From Myxococcales bacterium (GTDB lineage Bacteria; Desulfobacterota; Binatia; HRBIN30), in NCBI GenBank assembly GCA_037445065.1, contig JBBILD010000010.1, forward strand, positions 64,001 to 128,000: a DNA stretch of 64,000 nt, in the 5' to 3' direction. The translations under genes were made by a program, and so were the position numbers. Shown piece by piece: positions 1 to 9,027 of this stretch. Every line of letters starts with the position of its first letter. Position 1 is the stretch's first letter. Below the pieces are notes generated by a model, which made no database searches, was not told where the DNA came from, and was given only the letters and a program-made list of their open reading frames with translations.

Positions 1-1
1 C

Positions 2-544
2 TCCCTGCGGCCGCCCGTGGTGGCAGTGAGCGATGGCGGTCGGCCTGCTCGGGGGCCAGCCAAGGCGCCGGTGACCATCATCGAGTTTTCGGACTACGAG
101 TGCCCGTTTTGCAAGCGCGCGTCTTCAACGGTGGCCGAAGTGCTCAAGCACTACGGTGACAAAGTGCGCTTTGTCCATCGCGACTTCCCGCTGAGCTTCC
201 ACCAGCACGCGCGCTTGGCTGCGGAAGCTGCCGCCTGCGCGAACGCCCAAGGCAAGTTCTGGGAGTACCACGACCGGCTGTGGAAGGTAGACGCCCTGTC
301 CGAGTCACGGCTCAAGGAACTCGCCAAGGAAACCGGCTTGGACCAGGCAAAATTCGACGACTGCTTGCAAAAAAGGCCGCACGCGAGCGAGATTGATCGA
401 GACATCGCGGAGGCACAAGAGGCGGGTGTGAATGGCACGCCTGCGTTTTTTATCAATGGCCGGATGCTGTCCGGAGCACAGCCATTCGAGGCATTCAAAC
501 AACTGATTGACGAAGAACTCGCGCGAGCGGGACAACAGAGCTGA
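2..544 (+). CDS. DsbA/thioredoxin-4 family disulfide oxidoreductase (5' end lies outside the window)
   Basis: Motifs FSDYECPFC (CxxC), RDFPL and GVNGTPAFFING (cis-Pro loop). The frame is open back to the window edge. Confidence 0.9.
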   Translation, partial: SLRPPVVAVSDGGRPARGPAKAPVTIIEFSDYECPFCKRASSTVAEVLKHYGDKVRFVHRDFPLSFHQHARLAAEAAACANAQGKFWEYHDRLWKVDALSESRLKELAKETGLDQAKFDDCLQKRPHASEIDRDIAEAQEAGVNGTPAFFINGRMLSGAQPFEAFKQLIDEELARAGQQS

Positions 545-628
545 ACTGCACCGTTGCGTTGGAAACCGAAGCGCGTGCGCGCGCGTGGCCAACGGATACG
601 CGGCGAATGCCGGCAAGGGAGGGCGAAG

Positions 629-1420
629 ATGCAGCGAGCAAGCCTACGCTTGGTAGTAGTGGCGCTAGCAGTGGCGGTGGGTGGGCCCCGAATCAGTAAC
701 GCTCAGGACCCGGAAACTCTGTACCGCCGGGCGGTGCAAGCGTTGTTGCGCACGACCTTCGAAGCCAAGGGGTCGGTGCAAAGCAGTGGCGGGGCGAGCG
801 GCGAGTTTTTGCTGCGCTGCTCGTTTGCCGATGGCATACTGCGCACTTGGATCGAAGTGCAAAAACCGGCTGACCAGCGCGGCCAGCGCTTTTTGCTGTG
901 GAACCGCCTCGACGGCAAGAGCGAAGGCTGGTGGTACGACCCCAAGACGAAACAGGTGAAGGAGCTGGACGCGGCAGGCTGGAAGCAGCCCTTTCTAAAA
1001 TCGGATTTTCTGCTCGGCGACTTTCTCTTCGTGGGAACGAGCGACCATCGCGTCGAACTGGGCGGGGAAGAACGATACGGCGGTGAAACCTTCACCGTGG
1101 TCCACCTTTACGCGAAGAACCCGAGCGAGGCGCTTTACCCGCACCGGGCCTACTCCGTGGATCCGCGCCAAAACGTACTGCTGCGCGCGCTCTACTTCGA
1201 TGCGCAGGACAAACCTGCGAAACGCTGGGTCGCGGAGAAGCTCGAGCGGCGCGGTAGCGAGTGGTTCCCCACTGAGCAAAAAATCCTTCTCGTGGGCGGC
1301 AACACGCAGGCGAGTAGCTCGCTTCGGCTGACCGAACTCCGTTTCGAGCCAGAGCTTTCAAAAGACGCGTTCGAGAAGTCTGCGCTGAGCGCCCCGCCCA
1401 AACCCACCCCGAAACCGTGA
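629..1420 (+). CDS. Outer-membrane lipoprotein-sorting (LolA-like) secreted protein
   Basis: ATG 629 follows GGGAGG and starts a signal peptide (VVVALAVAVGG...SNA-Q). Contains the pattern PADQRGQRFL, W.Y.P..KQV, FLKSDFLLGD and a C-terminal F....L typical of this family. Confidence 0.7.
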   Translation: MQRASLRLVVVALAVAVGGPRISNAQDPETLYRRAVQALLRTTFEAKGSVQSSGGASGEFLLRCSFADGILRTWIEVQKPADQRGQRFLLWNRLDGKSEGWWYDPKTKQVKELDAAGWKQPFLKSDFLLGDFLFVGTSDHRVELGGEERYGGETFTVVHLYAKNPSEALYPHRAYSVDPRQNVLLRALYFDAQDKPAKRWVAEKLERRGSEWFPTEQKILLVGGNTQASSSLRLTELRFEPELSKDAFEKSALSAPPKPTPKP

Positions 1421-2544
1421 GGTACGCCGGGCCCTGCAGGCAACGAACGCGGCCGTGCATGAACGCCGCCTGGTACGCTGCAGCCGCCTGCCCCCGCGCT
1501 GTCTGCTTCACCCGCACCGCTCGAGGCAAGCGCACTGCTTCCGTGTCCGATTGCGCGCCGGGTCTTACCCGCTGGGCCTTCGCCCGACTCGCAACTGCCT
1601 GCGTCGGCTTGTTCGTCCCCTCGCTGCTGGCTGCGCACTCGTTCTTCCCGATCCAAGTGCTGCTGCGCGAACCCTCTCCCAATCTGTGGCTTGTGCAGTG
1701 GTCTTACGGGCCGCTTGCCACTCTGCCCCGGATCTCCCTTTTACTGCCTGAGGGGTGCAGCCCGAGACAAATCGACTTCCCGAACTCGAGCCGCGTCTCC
1801 TGTTCGGCGCCAGGGCTTGCGGAGGCGACCTTGCGGTTCGTTCAGCCCGAACCTTCCGCAGCCGAGCTATGGGTCCGCGCTGAGTTCTTTGACGGCAAGC
1901 CCGTAGCCGGCCCAGTTCCTGCAGAGCGCCTGGAGTTCTGGCTTTTTCATCCCGAGCGGTTGCCGCTTGCGCGGATCGTGCCCCTCTACGTGCGGCTCGG
2001 CATCGGGCACATCCTGGAGGGGTGGGACCATTTGCTCTTCCTGCTTGGCTTGCTTCTCGGCGTCACCCGGCTTGCAGCCGTGGCGGGGGCAGTTACGGCC
2101 TTTACTGCCGCGCACACGCTTTCGCTCGCCGCCACCAGTGTGCGCGTGTTGCGTTTCTCCCAGCCTCTAGTGGAGATCCTGATTGCGCTGAGTATCGTGC
2201 TTGTCGCGCGCGAGCGGATGCGCGAAGGTACACTGACTTCCGCCAGCTACCGGCGCACGGTTGCACTGGCGTTTGCGTTTGGGCTCGTACACGGCCTCGG
2301 TTTCAGTGGGGCGCTGCGCGAACTCGGGGTTCCGCAACAGTCCCTGTTGTGGGCATTAGCTGCTTTTAATGTCGGCGTCGAGGTCGGCCAACTCGGTTTT
2401 GTGATCGCCCTCTTACCGCTACTCGCTCTCTGGCAACGCGCAGCGGCTGGCCGGGCGCTTGTTGGGCGTTTTCCGGCCTTCGCGGTGGGCGTTGCGGGTG
2501 CCTATTGGACCCTGAAGCGCGCTGTGGCCTTGTGGTCCTCTTGA
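1417..2544 (+). CDS. HupE/UreJ-2 family membrane protein (true start probably downstream of 1417)
   Basis: Motifs HILEGWDHLLFL, AFTAAHTLSL, VEILIALSI, FGLVHGLGF and FNVGVEVGQL. Confidence 0.85.
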   Translation: MRYAGPCRQRTRPCMNAAWYAAAACPRAVCFTRTARGKRTASVSDCAPGLTRWAFARLATACVGLFVPSLLAAHSFFPIQVLLREPSPNLWLVQWSYGPLATLPRISLLLPEGCSPRQIDFPNSSRVSCSAPGLAEATLRFVQPEPSAAELWVRAEFFDGKPVAGPVPAERLEFWLFHPERLPLARIVPLYVRLGIGHILEGWDHLLFLLGLLLGVTRLAAVAGAVTAFTAAHTLSLAATSVRVLRFSQPLVEILIALSIVLVARERMREGTLTSASYRRTVALAFAFGLVHGLGFSGALRELGVPQQSLLWALAAFNVGVEVGQLGFVIALLPLLALWQRAAAGRALVGRFPAFAVGVAGAYWTLKRAVALWSS

Positions 2545-2599
2545 GCGCAAACCAGTTGCTTGCAAAGCCGGAGCGCGGCATAACGCGGCCGCGGGAGGG

Positions 2600-4777
2600 A
2601 TGTCCCACATGAGGCGATGGCAACGGTGGCGTGTGGTTGCGGGCTTGAGCATCCTGCTTTCCTTTGGCGCTCCGTTCCCGATCCGAGCCGGGGCAAGCTG
2701 TGTGGGTGACTGTGACGGCTCCGCCAGCGTGACGGTGGACGAACTCGTGCTTTTGGTCAGCATTGCCTTGGGCGAGCAGCCGCTCGACGTGTGCGCCGTG
2801 GGCGATGCGAGCGGAGACAGGGTCGTCACCGTAGATGAGATCGTGCACGCCGTGCAGGTGGCTCTTACCGGCTGCCCCGCCCCCCCCACCCCCACGCCTG
2901 TGCTTTGCCAAGACTTCGCGCCGGAGCGGCGGGTGTTTTTTGGCGATTTGCACGTGCACACCACGTACTCCTTCGATGCCCACATGTGGGACGTGCGCGC
3001 CACACCTGAGGACGCCTACCGCTTCGCACGTGGGGAACCGCTCGACATCCCACCGTTCGATGCAGAAGGCAACGGCGCTCGAACGGTGCAAATTGACCGG
3101 CCTCTGGACTTTGTGGCCGTTACCGATCATGCCGAGTACTTAGGCGAGGTCGAGATTTGCTCTGTGCCCGGGTCACCCGGCTACGATACGCCAAACTGCG
3201 ACCTCTTCCGCCGCGGCGGCAACCAAGGGGTTGCCGAATTTGGCATTGCCATGACCCGCTCGAATCCGCGCCGCTTTCTCGACGTTTGTGGCGCTGATGG
3301 CCGTCGCTGCACGAGCACCGCCGGGCAGGTCTGGCAACGCGTGCAACGGGCGGCTGAGCGAGCCTACGAGCCGTGCACCTTCACGAGCTTTATCGCCTAC
3401 GAGTACAGTAACTCGCTCGCGGCCAGCACCCGGCACCGCAATGTGATCTTCAAGCACTCGGCAGTGCCCTTCCCCATCAGCACCTTCGAAGAGCGGTCAC
3501 CCCAAGGTCTGTGGAGCGCGCTCGAGCGCAATTGCGTCGGCGCGGGCACCGGCTGCGATGTGGTGGTGATTCCGCACAATTCCAATGAGAGCAACGGGCG
3601 CATGTTCTTGGTGGAGTACCCTGGCGCCGAAACCGTGGAGGAGCAACGACTGCAAGCGGAGTTTCGTGCCCGCTTCGAGCCGTTGGTGGAAATCTACCAG
3701 CACAAGGGAAACTCGGAGTGCTTCAACGGGCTTTCCGGGATCGTTGGCCAACCAGATGAAGCGTGCGAATTCGAGCGCCGCCGTGTGCGCCCCGCTCCCG
3801 ACTGTGGCGACGGCGTGGGGACCCTGGGCGCCGCCGGTGAAGGCTGCATCTCGCGCCGCGACTACGTGCGCAACGTGCTCTTGTTGGGTCTGCAAGAGTT
3901 TTTGCGCATCGGCGCCAACCCGTACTTGCTCGGCTTCATTGGCAGCACCGACACCCACAACGCAACCCCCGGTCTCGTTTTCGAAGAGACCTTCACCGGG
4001 CATCAAGGAGCGAACGATTCGAGCCCCGCGGTGCAGCTAGGATCCGGCACCCTGACGGACGGCGGCATCACCTTTAGCCCCGGGGGCTTGGCGGCCGTGT
4101 GGGCCGAGCAGAACACGCGGGAGAGCATCTTTGCCGCCCTGCGGCGGCGCGAAACCTTCGCCACCAGCGGACCGCGGATCACTGTGCGGGTCTTCGGAGG
4201 CTACGAGCTACCAGCGGACTGGTGCGAGCGCAGCGACTTGGTCACTGTCGGCTACCAGAGCGGCGTCCCCATGGGCGGGTTCCTCGACTCACCTACCGCT
4301 GCGCAAGCGCGGCCCCGCCTTGCGATTGCGGCACAAATGGACCCAGGGACTCCCTCCCGCCCCGGCACTCTCCTGCAACGGTTGCAAGTGGTGAAAGGCT
4401 GGGTCGCAAATGGAGAAGCCCAGTACCGGGTCTACGACGTGGCTGGACGGAGCGACAGTGCCGCGGATGTAGACCTCGCCACCTGCACGCCGCGCGGGCC
4501 CGGGTTCACATCGCTGTGCACGGTGTGGGAAGATCCCGAGTTCGACCCGAGCGTGCCGGCGTTCTATTACGTTCGAGTACTGGAGAATCCTTCCTGCCGG
4601 TGGCACACGTACTTGTGCAATCGCCTCCCGGCTGAGCAGCGCCCGCCTGCGTGCAGCGACCCCAACGTTCCGGCAACGCTACAAGAGCGTGCCTGGACCT
4701 CTCCGATTTGGTATTTGCCGCTCTCGGGCAGCACAGCTGCCCGAGAGCGGCGCAAGCAGGTCGCTCAGCGCAACTGA
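2600..4777 (+). CDS. Secreted DUF3604 (PHP-like metallohydrolase) protein with N-terminal dockerin-like CxGDC module
   Basis: Signal peptide, then CVGDCDGSASVTVDEL...GDASGDRVVTVDEI, a PT linker, and the motifs FFGDLHVHT, LDFVAVTDHAE, IPHNSN, EIYQHKGNSEC, GSTDTHN, FATSGPRI, YYVRVLENP and QERAWTSPIWY. Confidence 0.88.
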   Translation: MSHMRRWQRWRVVAGLSILLSFGAPFPIRAGASCVGDCDGSASVTVDELVLLVSIALGEQPLDVCAVGDASGDRVVTVDEIVHAVQVALTGCPAPPTPTPVLCQDFAPERRVFFGDLHVHTTYSFDAHMWDVRATPEDAYRFARGEPLDIPPFDAEGNGARTVQIDRPLDFVAVTDHAEYLGEVEICSVPGSPGYDTPNCDLFRRGGNQGVAEFGIAMTRSNPRRFLDVCGADGRRCTSTAGQVWQRVQRAAERAYEPCTFTSFIAYEYSNSLAASTRHRNVIFKHSAVPFPISTFEERSPQGLWSALERNCVGAGTGCDVVVIPHNSNESNGRMFLVEYPGAETVEEQRLQAEFRARFEPLVEIYQHKGNSECFNGLSGIVGQPDEACEFERRRVRPAPDCGDGVGTLGAAGEGCISRRDYVRNVLLLGLQEFLRIGANPYLLGFIGSTDTHNATPGLVFEETFTGHQGANDSSPAVQLGSGTLTDGGITFSPGGLAAVWAEQNTRESIFAALRRRETFATSGPRITVRVFGGYELPADWCERSDLVTVGYQSGVPMGGFLDSPTAAQARPRLAIAAQMDPGTPSRPGTLLQRLQVVKGWVANGEAQYRVYDVAGRSDSAADVDLATCTPRGPGFTSLCTVWEDPEFDPSVPAFYYVRVLENPSCRWHTYLCNRLPAEQRPPACSDPNVPATLQERAWTSPIWYLPLSGSTAARERRKQVAQRN

Positions 4778-5619
4778 ATCGCGGAGTTGCTGATCACGGG
4801 AGTGTCGCGTTCCTTTGTCTTGGCGGAGATGACGATCTTGCCCCCTTCGCGCCACATCGAGGTGACGATCGTCTCGCCGGGGAACACCACTCCGGAGAAG
4901 CGCGCGCCGTACGCAGCGACCTTGTCCACCGCGCCGTCGAGCAGCGTGTCCACCACCGCTTTACAGACGATTCCAAACGAACACAGCCCGTGCAGAATGG
5001 GGCGATCGAAGCCAGCGAGTTGCGCAAACTCGGGATCGCAGTGCAACGGATTCTTGTCGCCCGAAAGCCGGTAAATGAGCGCTTGATGCGGCATCGTGGG
5101 TGACTCGACGACCGCGTCTGGGGCACGGTTCGGCACCTCGTGCTGTGCCTTAGGGCCAGGGTCCCCTCCGAATCCCCCTTCGCCGCGCGCAAAGATGGTA
5201 AAGCGGTTGGTAAACAGCGGCTCCCCATTTTGCTCCCGCGTCGCCACCTCGAGCACGATGAGAGCCGCCTTGCCCTTGTCGTAAATTCCCGCCACCCGCG
5301 CTTCGTTCTGAATCGCTGCCGAGGTTGGCAACGGGCGGTGCAGGGAAATTTCCTGCTCGCCATGGAGCACCATGGCCAAGTTGATGTTGATCCCAGGGAT
5401 GTTGTTCATCCCGCCGAGAGCGCCAAAGACCGGGATGACCGCAAAGCTCGGCAATACTTTCAGGTAGCGCTCGTAAGTATATTCGAGCTCTTTCCGATCG
5501 GTGGGTTTGTTCATCCCGGCACCGATTCCCAGGTGGTACAGGATCACTTGATCCGCATTCCACGCCCCGGTGGTTGCCGGAAGCTTCGCTCCCAGCGCCT
5601 TTTGCACATCAATCGGCAT
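4765..5619 (-). CDS. MaoC-family double hot-dog (R)-enoyl-CoA hydratase 2
   Basis: Hydratase-2 motif YRLSGDKNPLHCDP...ILHGLCSFG and VFPGET. ATG 5619 follows AAAGGAG. Confidence 0.9.
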   Translation of the reverse strand: MPIDVQKALGAKLPATTGAWNADQVILYHLGIGAGMNKPTDRKELEYTYERYLKVLPSFAVIPVFGALGGMNNIPGININLAMVLHGEQEISLHRPLPTSAAIQNEARVAGIYDKGKAALIVLEVATREQNGEPLFTNRFTIFARGEGGFGGDPGPKAQHEVPNRAPDAVVESPTMPHQALIYRLSGDKNPLHCDPEFAQLAGFDRPILHGLCSFGIVCKAVVDTLLDGAVDKVAAYGARFSGVVFPGETIVTSMWREGGKIVISAKTKERDTPVISNSAIQLR

Positions 5620-5712
5620 CGCTCTCGCTCCTTTCCCCAAGAAACTCGCCTGCCATTCAGGCAGCCCCGATCGGTTGCCACGAGGCACGGCTTTGCGCAA
5701 GGGTAGCTACGC

Positions 5713-6930
5713 ATGGCAGCCGTGCGCACTCTCGCTCCGCAGGGACCCACCGACCCTCCCCTGCAGGGGTTCGCCCGCCGCTTTCGCCTCGTGGACTTTG
5801 CGGCCACCCGACAACCCCATTTTCGCAACCACGTGGTGTCGGTCGAACAAGTGCGCGCACTGCTCGACCGCTACGGTCCGGACGACTGCTTCTCTTCCAT
5901 CTTTTTCTTCTCCCATGAGATCCTGCTGTATCTCGAAGAGCATCGCGTAGCCGGCCGCCCTTCGCTCGCCGGCTACGACGGGCCTGTCTGGGCTCCCTTC
6001 CTCCCGATCGACATTGACGGCGAGCCGAGCGAACAGGGAGCCGAGCAAGCTCTGGCCATGGCGCGTGCCACGGTGGCCTTGCTGCGTTCTCGTTGGCAGG
6101 TGCCCGAGGCCGCGCTGCACGTCTACTTCAGCGGCGCGAAAGGATTCCACGTGTTGATTGACACGCGGGTCTTCGGGCGCGTTCCTCCGGCCAATGACCT
6201 GCACCGCGTGTTTTCTTACGCGCGCGCCGCACTCGCGTGCGACCTACCAACCTTCGAACATGCGCGCTTCGATTTGAGCATCGGCGACAAAGTGCGGCTC
6301 TTACGCCTGCCCAACACCCGCCACTCGCGCAGCCTGTTGTTCAAAGTGCCCCTCGAACTCGAGGAACTGGACCGACTCGCCATGGCAGAAATCCGCCAAC
6401 TCGCCGTTTCACCCCGTCCCCTGCGGCGAACAGCGTACGCCGGACTTCTACCCACGCAGGTAGTGACTGCGGTCAGCGTTGCGCACCAACTTCTCCAGCG
6501 CGCCCGGCGGGAGGCACGCCGGTACCGCGTGCACCCCTACCGGTTGCCAACGCCTCCGTCGTCCGCAGAAGAGGCGCTTTGCCCGGCCCGTCAAGCCATG
6601 GCCAGCGCCGACGTTCCCGTCGGGCTCCGCAACAACGTCGCCATTCGCCTCGCCTCCGCCCTGCGCCGGGCCGGCTACCAGCGCGAGTTCGTCACCCAGT
6701 TTTTGCTCGACTGGAACCACCGCCTCCATCACCCCCTGCCCGAGCGGGAGGTCCTCGCTGTGGTGCGCTCGGCCTTTGCGCGGCCGTATCCATACAATTA
6801 CGGCTGCCACGACGAAGTGATTCGCTCCTTCTGTCCCTTTCGCGAGCACCTCCTCGACTGCGAGTTCTACCGCGCTCAACACCGCAAAGCGGGCGGCCTG
6901 GGAGAAGCCGGGAGTCCGACGGACACCTAA
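5713..6930 (+). CDS. Archaeo-eukaryotic primase (AEP) superfamily protein with C-terminal PriCT/PriL-like Cys domain
   Basis: AEP motif I PIDID, motif II YFSGAKGFHV, motif III region DLSIGDKVRLLRLPNTRH. C-terminal part RNNVAIRLA...WN..L..PLPEREV..VVRSA..YGC...FCPF...C. Confidence 0.8.
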   Translation: MAAVRTLAPQGPTDPPLQGFARRFRLVDFAATRQPHFRNHVVSVEQVRALLDRYGPDDCFSSIFFFSHEILLYLEEHRVAGRPSLAGYDGPVWAPFLPIDIDGEPSEQGAEQALAMARATVALLRSRWQVPEAALHVYFSGAKGFHVLIDTRVFGRVPPANDLHRVFSYARAALACDLPTFEHARFDLSIGDKVRLLRLPNTRHSRSLLFKVPLELEELDRLAMAEIRQLAVSPRPLRRTAYAGLLPTQVVTAVSVAHQLLQRARREARRYRVHPYRLPTPPSSAEEALCPARQAMASADVPVGLRNNVAIRLASALRRAGYQREFVTQFLLDWNHRLHHPLPEREVLAVVRSAFARPYPYNYGCHDEVIRSFCPFREHLLDCEFYRAQHRKAGGLGEAGSPTDT

Positions 6931-7117
6931 GCACCCGTCGCCGCAGCCGAAGCCGCTCGGGCGCAGTGGGGCCACACCGCACACAAATATGTCGAAATGG
7001 GGACGTGACAGAGGTCAGCCTTGCTAGCCGGCCCTTTTCACTGCACCCGGTGGCGTTTAAGCTCGCGCCGCTCTGCTGGTGCGACAGTTCATACGGGGAG
7101 AGGCTGCTTTGCTCGGA

Positions 7118-7687
7118 ATGAAGCCACGGCGGCTCTTGTGGCTGATAACCGTGTTGGGACTAGGAACGCTGGTGGCGGCACAAAATCCGCCGGAAGGAGG
7201 AGCAACGATGGCAATGATGATTCGATCGGCCGCGTTCGACGACCACGGGGCCATCCCGGCCAAGTACACATGCGACGGCGAGGACGTCTCGCCACCGCTG
7301 TCGTGGTCCGGCGTGCCCCAGAAGGCGAAAAGCTTGGTGCTAATCGTTGACGACCCAGACGCGCCCGATCCAGCCAACCCGCGCATGACCTGGGTCCACT
7401 GGGTACTCTACAACCTGCCGCCGGACAGCACGGGCTTGCCGGAAGCGGTCAAGCCCGAGCAACTGCCCAAGGGTACACGGCAGGGTCTCAACGATTGGAA
7501 GCGTACTGGCTACGGTGGCCCATGTCCTCCGGTGGGACGCCACCGCTATTTCTTTAAGCTTTACGCGCTCGACACCGTACTGCCCGACTTGGGGGAGGCA
7601 ACCAAAGCGCAACTCGAGCGAGCCATGGTGGACCACGTCCTTAGCCAAGCGCAAATCGTCGGCACCTACGAGCGGAAAAAAAGTTAA
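7118..7687 (+). CDS. YbhB/YbcL family (PEBP/RKIP-like) protein
   Basis: Motifs YTCDGEDVSPPLSW, DDPDAP, WVHWVLYN and GYGGPCPP..HRYFF. ATG 7118 gives a signal peptide; an alternative ATG at 7208 has a strong AAGGAGG ribosome-binding site. Confidence 0.92.
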   Translation: MKPRRLLWLITVLGLGTLVAAQNPPEGGATMAMMIRSAAFDDHGAIPAKYTCDGEDVSPPLSWSGVPQKAKSLVLIVDDPDAPDPANPRMTWVHWVLYNLPPDSTGLPEAVKPEQLPKGTRQGLNDWKRTGYGGPCPPVGRHRYFFKLYALDTVLPDLGEATKAQLERAMVDHVLSQAQIVGTYERKKS

Positions 7688-9027
7688 CGGACTCCAGCCC
7701 GGCGCGCGCGCGACTCGAGCTCGGGGAGCAGGGGCCAAGTCCAGGCCACCACTCCCATCGTGCACAACGCGATCAGTGTCGGCACAGAGGCCATCTCGAG
7801 GCGCCACGCCCAGTCTCGCCCCAAGAAACCGGGCGAGAGCAAGTTGGTTGCGCCTGCCAGGATCAGAGTCGCCCCGAGCCCGCGCCGCCAACCGCTCCGG
7901 GGCGTGCATTGTTGAAAGGCAGCGAACAGGAGCGTGTGAGCCAAGAGGAGAACGACCAGGTACGCCTTCCAGGTGACCGGTGAGGCCAATGCCCCAACGG
8001 CGAACACCACACTCCACTCAGCCGCAGTTTGCCAATTTCCTCGCGGCGGCCCTTGCCAACGCCGCCAGACCACGCAGGCAAACACAAGCCACGTTGCCGC
8101 CACGGCAAGCACAACCCAGGGCGAGGCCGACTCGGGCACGTCGTTCACACCCGGAGTGAACAACGGCGCCATACCGTGGCCGAGGTAGCGGTCCCACATC
8201 GCAAACACCGACTGGTTCATTTTCCCTACCCCCCAACCCATGGCCAGCTTCTCCCGCCAAGCCAGCACGTAGTCCCAAAACCGCAAGGGGCCGAAAACCA
8301 GAATCGGTGCCAAAGAAAACAGCCCACCCGCCGCAACTGTGGCCAGCGCTCCCCGCCAATGGCGGCGCCAAAGCAGGTACGGGACGAACACTGCCGGCAT
8401 CACCTTCACCGCCGCCGCAAACCCCAGCGCCACCCCGCCTCGCCAGCAACGCCCTTGCCGGATCCACAAAAGGCCCGCCAAAGCCAGTGCAAAGAGCAGA
8501 ATGTTGATTTGCAAGTGTTCGAAGTTGCTGCCGATAAAGCGACTCGTCAGCAACAGCGGCACCAACATTTCCGGCGAGGCCAAGGAAAAGCCGCGGGCTG
8601 ACCATAAAAGCCGCTTGCCATGGATCAGCAAGGCGATCTGGCGCAACACCCACCACAAGGAAAGAAGGTTCAGGGCTAACCAGAAGCCGCGTGCGAGATA
8701 AGGAGTTCCGCGCGCCATCAACGCCAGTGGCACGCACACCAAGCTGAAAAAGGGAGGCCATGTGTTCGGGTCGGCACTGACATCTCGATAAATGTGCCGG
8801 CCGCTCAGGACGAGTTCCCCGACGATCAGGTAGCCGCCGAAGTCGCCCGAGCGTTGGATCCAAACCAAAAACCCCACCGCAGCGTAGGCGGCAAGTGCAA
8901 TCAATACTGACCAGCGAACCCGTTCCGAAGTGGCCATCCGCAGCAACCAGCCGACGGCCTCCGAGCTCTTACCCGGACGTTCCGACTTCGGCTCGCCGGG
9001 CCGTATAGGGGCCCACATCTCGCTCAT
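7684..9027 (-). CDS. GT87/DUF2029 family polytopic glycosyltransferase
   Basis: Motifs GDF..Y, TWPPFF, NFEHLQIN, AAAVKVMP, NQS and SPVTW; many hydrophobic segments. The ATG overlaps the ROK stop (ATGA). Confidence 0.8.
   Translation of the reverse strand: MSEMWAPIRPGEPKSERPGKSSEAVGWLLRMATSERVRWSVLIALAAYAAVGFLVWIQRSGDFGGYLIVGELVLSGRHIYRDVSADPNTWPPFFSLVCVPLALMARGTPYLARGFWLALNLLSLWWVLRQIALLIHGKRLLWSARGFSLASPEMLVPLLLTSRFIGSNFEHLQINILLFALALAGLLWIRQGRCWRGGVALGFAAAVKVMPAVFVPYLLWRRHWRGALATVAAGGLFSLAPILVFGPLRFWDYVLAWREKLAMGWGVGKMNQSVFAMWDRYLGHGMAPLFTPGVNDVPESASPWVVLAVAATWLVFACVVWRRWQGPPRGNWQTAAEWSVVFAVGALASPVTWKAYLVVLLLAHTLLFAAFQQCTPRSGWRRGLGATLILAGATNLLSPGFLGRDWAWRLEMASVPTLIALCTMGVVAWTWPLLPELESRARRAGVR

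Noticed and set aside
5683..5697. AGGCACGGCTTTGC upstream of the primase gene as a sigma54 promoter
   Set aside because: The GG-to-GC spacing is 9 nt, not the strictly required 10.
5713..6930. Primase as the marker of a prophage or integrated plasmid
   Set aside because: No integrase, helicase, att-like repeats or evident compositional shift; both flanks are ordinary metabolic genes.
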